A stretch of DNA of 64,000 bases. Origin: the human T2T-CHM13v2.0 reference genome, Homo sapiens. Under the pieces are notes generated by a model. It was not told the origin of the DNA. It searched no databases and worked only from the letters and a program-made list of their open reading frames with translations. Every line of letters begins with the position of its first letter. Position 1 is the stretch's first letter. The stretch lies in assembly GCF_009914755.1 (NCBI RefSeq), contig NC_060936.1. The stretch is one strand, 5' to 3'. Positions 61,221 through 64,000 of the stretch are shown here, in pieces. Both the position numbers and the translations under genes were made by a program.

Positions 61221-62395
61221 GCTTTCTTTTAGGACAGCTTCATTGCCACTGCCTATGAGCTGAACTAAGCATTTCATGACAAGAGACCCTGGAATATAAG
61301 GAGTCTACAAACACCTACATTATTTAGTCATTCAGGATGACAGAACAAGTGACAAGAGCAATTGTTCCCAACCTTAGCTGTGCATGTGGAACATCTGTGA
61401 AGCTTTTTAAATGCATATAGGTCTGAGACTCACCTCCCAACAACCCTCCAGCACCTGGTCCCATGCTGATAACCTTTCTTCTGTATAAAGTCTTACATAG
61501 TTTTCACAAATACTATTTATAAAACCCTCAGTGTTTTCTTCTTCTGGCTAAAAGTGCCTGCTGTTTTAACTCTTCCACTGCAAAACACTGTCTAATTATT
61601 GGATTATTCTTAAAACTCATCTGTGAGCCCTGGCTACATTATCTGACTGTCTCTTTGGTTATGTGGCTTCATTTATCATTGGTCGAACTTACTGGAAGTG
61701 AAAAGGAAGGTTACCTTAATTGATAGAGCTATTGATATAATTCTAAGATATGATTAATTGCACAGGACATTTTAATTATATGATCCGTTCTTCATGAGAC
61801 AACAAAAACCAAGGCATTCTAGACACCCATGAGGGAGCTCTATTTCTATGTCTGAAAACGAAATTAGACTTCTTGCTTTTATTTTTCCCTTCCCAAATGA
61901 CATTTATATAACACACTTAAGTTCTGATGGAGTATGGCAAATGTATTTAACTTTCGACCAATATTTATAGAATCCTTTATTTCATAAGGGATAAAAGCAA
62001 GCCCAGAATTTTTCCTGTCTTTTAACTCTTGAAATTGTCCCCTAAGAATATAAACAAACTAAAAGGCGAAGCAAAACATAGACAATATCCCCTTGAATGA
62101 TTCATAATAACCACATTTAAGCCTCTCTGGGTTTTGTTTGTTTGTTTAGGTCACAGCACTATTGGGAGGCAAAGGGGTTATTGGCTATTGAAGTGTTTGC
62201 TGTTGATGAAGAACTAAATTTAAGGCATGTATTCTTTTCTTGACTAGAGTTTGATTAGCTTCGTCATACTTTTGCTTTAGGGAAAGAATGGTATAGAAGA
62301 AATAAAAGAACTAACGGAAGCCCTTCCATTTCAATCACTGTAAAGAATTTATCATCATAAGATCAACAAAGCACCATTTCCATGTACCTTTTGCA

Positions 62396-62460
62396 ATATA
62401 TATATACACACACATATATATATATTTTACACATATATAAATTATATATATATATATATA
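62396..62460. repeat. (TA)n/(CA)n low complexity
   Basis: Read directly. Confidence 0.9.
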
Positions 62461-63774
62461 AAATTATTGCATCGGGGCTTCTTTGTTGCTTTTCTTTTTC
62501 CTCAATGACATTGAGACTTTACCTATATCCAATAACATTTGCCTTCCTTTCTATTTTCTTGCATGTTTTAATCTCATAGTGTCACATGGGTTCACTTTAC
62601 CTAAAGATGGAATATTCTCCTCCGTTGGAGAAGAACCCCAAATTAGGCCAGAAGAATACTGAAAAATGTATGGACTTTGTAGTCAGAACCTGGGAAGAAA
62701 AATCCTAACTCTGCCAGATGAAATGGTCCAAGTCAAGTTGAATGGAAGGATTAAAATAGAAGATTAATAAAATGCAGCTGTAGACAGCTGGCACATAGTG
62801 ACAGTCAATAAGTGACAATTTATAATTCATTCATTTATTCTACCTGCCTGGAGAAGTGAAATCTAAGAGAAATAGACAATAGAAATAAAATACAAATCTA
62901 TCAAATAAAACAAAGTGAATTAATCAGTAAGCATTCTTGAACACTAATATATATAAGGAAGGGCTAACTTAAGAAAGACATGCTTTTCAAGAGTTTATAA
63001 ACTGGCTTACCATTTTAAGACATTTTCCATAAAAATTATGCCACATCATATAAATTAGTAAAACTCTATTCCAATCTTAACCTACTTGTACTCTATGTTC
63101 TAGTCACTCTAGAAGTCCTAATCACATGCCAAACCATGCCACAAGTTTCCAGGGACACATTTCACATATCTGCTGCTCTCAGTAGAGGGATCAATAATTC
63201 TTCCCTACTGGGCTGCAGAGCGAAGAAAATGGGATCTCTGATAAGTACAGGCAATCAATCCATGCTGGTGTCCACTGCAGAATTTAGGAACTCCATGAAA
63301 TCAGGAGTAAGGGAAGGCTAGACCACCCTCTGAAAACTGAACGTTAAGGGTTCTACTTTATGCATGATAAATACATAGAGCAAAGTGAAAGAAATCAGAT
63401 GGAGTCTGGTCAGAACGAATGGAAGGGAAAAATAGTTAACTATAACAGGATTGTGAGATGGTCTAGTTCTAGTAAGGGGAAAGGAGCTCAGTAAGGTTGG
63501 AGAAGTAGGCATCAATTAGTTCCAGGGTACATGCAGTGTAGCAGGTTGGGATAAACTCCAACAACAAGGAGAACTGATTATTTTAGCAAGAGGAAACAAG
63601 ACATCTCTGACAGGGGCAGGGGGAGGATGAATAAACAAGAGGATGAGTGTCTGGATTAGGCTGAGATCCCTACAGCAGTGGGACACTGGGTGGACTCTGG
63701 GGGGAAATCTGTGGTAAAATTCCCAGTAAGTGTGGCCTTGGGGAGAAAAAGAGAGGGAAATTCCAAGAACAAAG

Positions 63775-63970
63775 TACTTGGGTTTTGGAGTCAGACCAGG
63801 GTTTGCATCTGAGTTTGCCCCTTTACTTTCTAGATCTTAGACTTGAAGCAAGTCACCTAACCAGTAAATAATTTCTTAATCACACAACTTTGTACAATAA
63901 TGCCTACATCAAAGGACTCTTCTGAGGATTAGGAGATAACATGTGGGAAATGCCTGGTATTGTTCAGATA
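63775..63970 (+). mobile_element. MIR
   Basis: ttttggagtcagaccagggtttgcatctgag...gcaagtcacctaacc. Confidence 0.7.
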
Positions 63971-64000
63971 TACTTTGTTTTTATTTTCTTTTATTTTGGT

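Overview
This window is primate (almost certainly human) genomic DNA: AT-rich, CpG-depleted and dense in repeats. It contains one clear protein-coding exon, on the minus strand at 21138-21303 (166 nt, phase 0 to phase 1), translating to ESYPKKRNYTMEIVPSASLDTFPSENENFLCDLMDTAVTKKPCSLEIARAPSPRT. From memory I recognise this as an internal exon of ANKS1B (AIDA-1/EB-1), roughly exon 10, in the linker between the ankyrin repeats and the SAM/PTB domains. The rest is the two flanking introns: L1 elements (two with 5' inversions), about 13 Alus, L2, MIR, L3, MaLR LTRs, a near full-length Tigger1 and other DNA transposon remnants. Nearly all ORFs in the supplied track are repeat-derived or chance. I find no convincing new multi-gene system. 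The best leads concern cryptic splicing: a strong candidate 92-nt poison exon overlapping an equally well-formed antisense exon (47.0-47.2 kb), a gene-sense THE1 LTR with an intact donor upstream of a strong-Kozak in-frame ATG, a candidate recursive splice site, and a second poison-exon candidate with a hairpin-masked donor. There is also a series of templated or snap-back repair scars and non-canonical retroelement insertions. Repeat subfamily names and most repeat boundaries are by-eye estimates.
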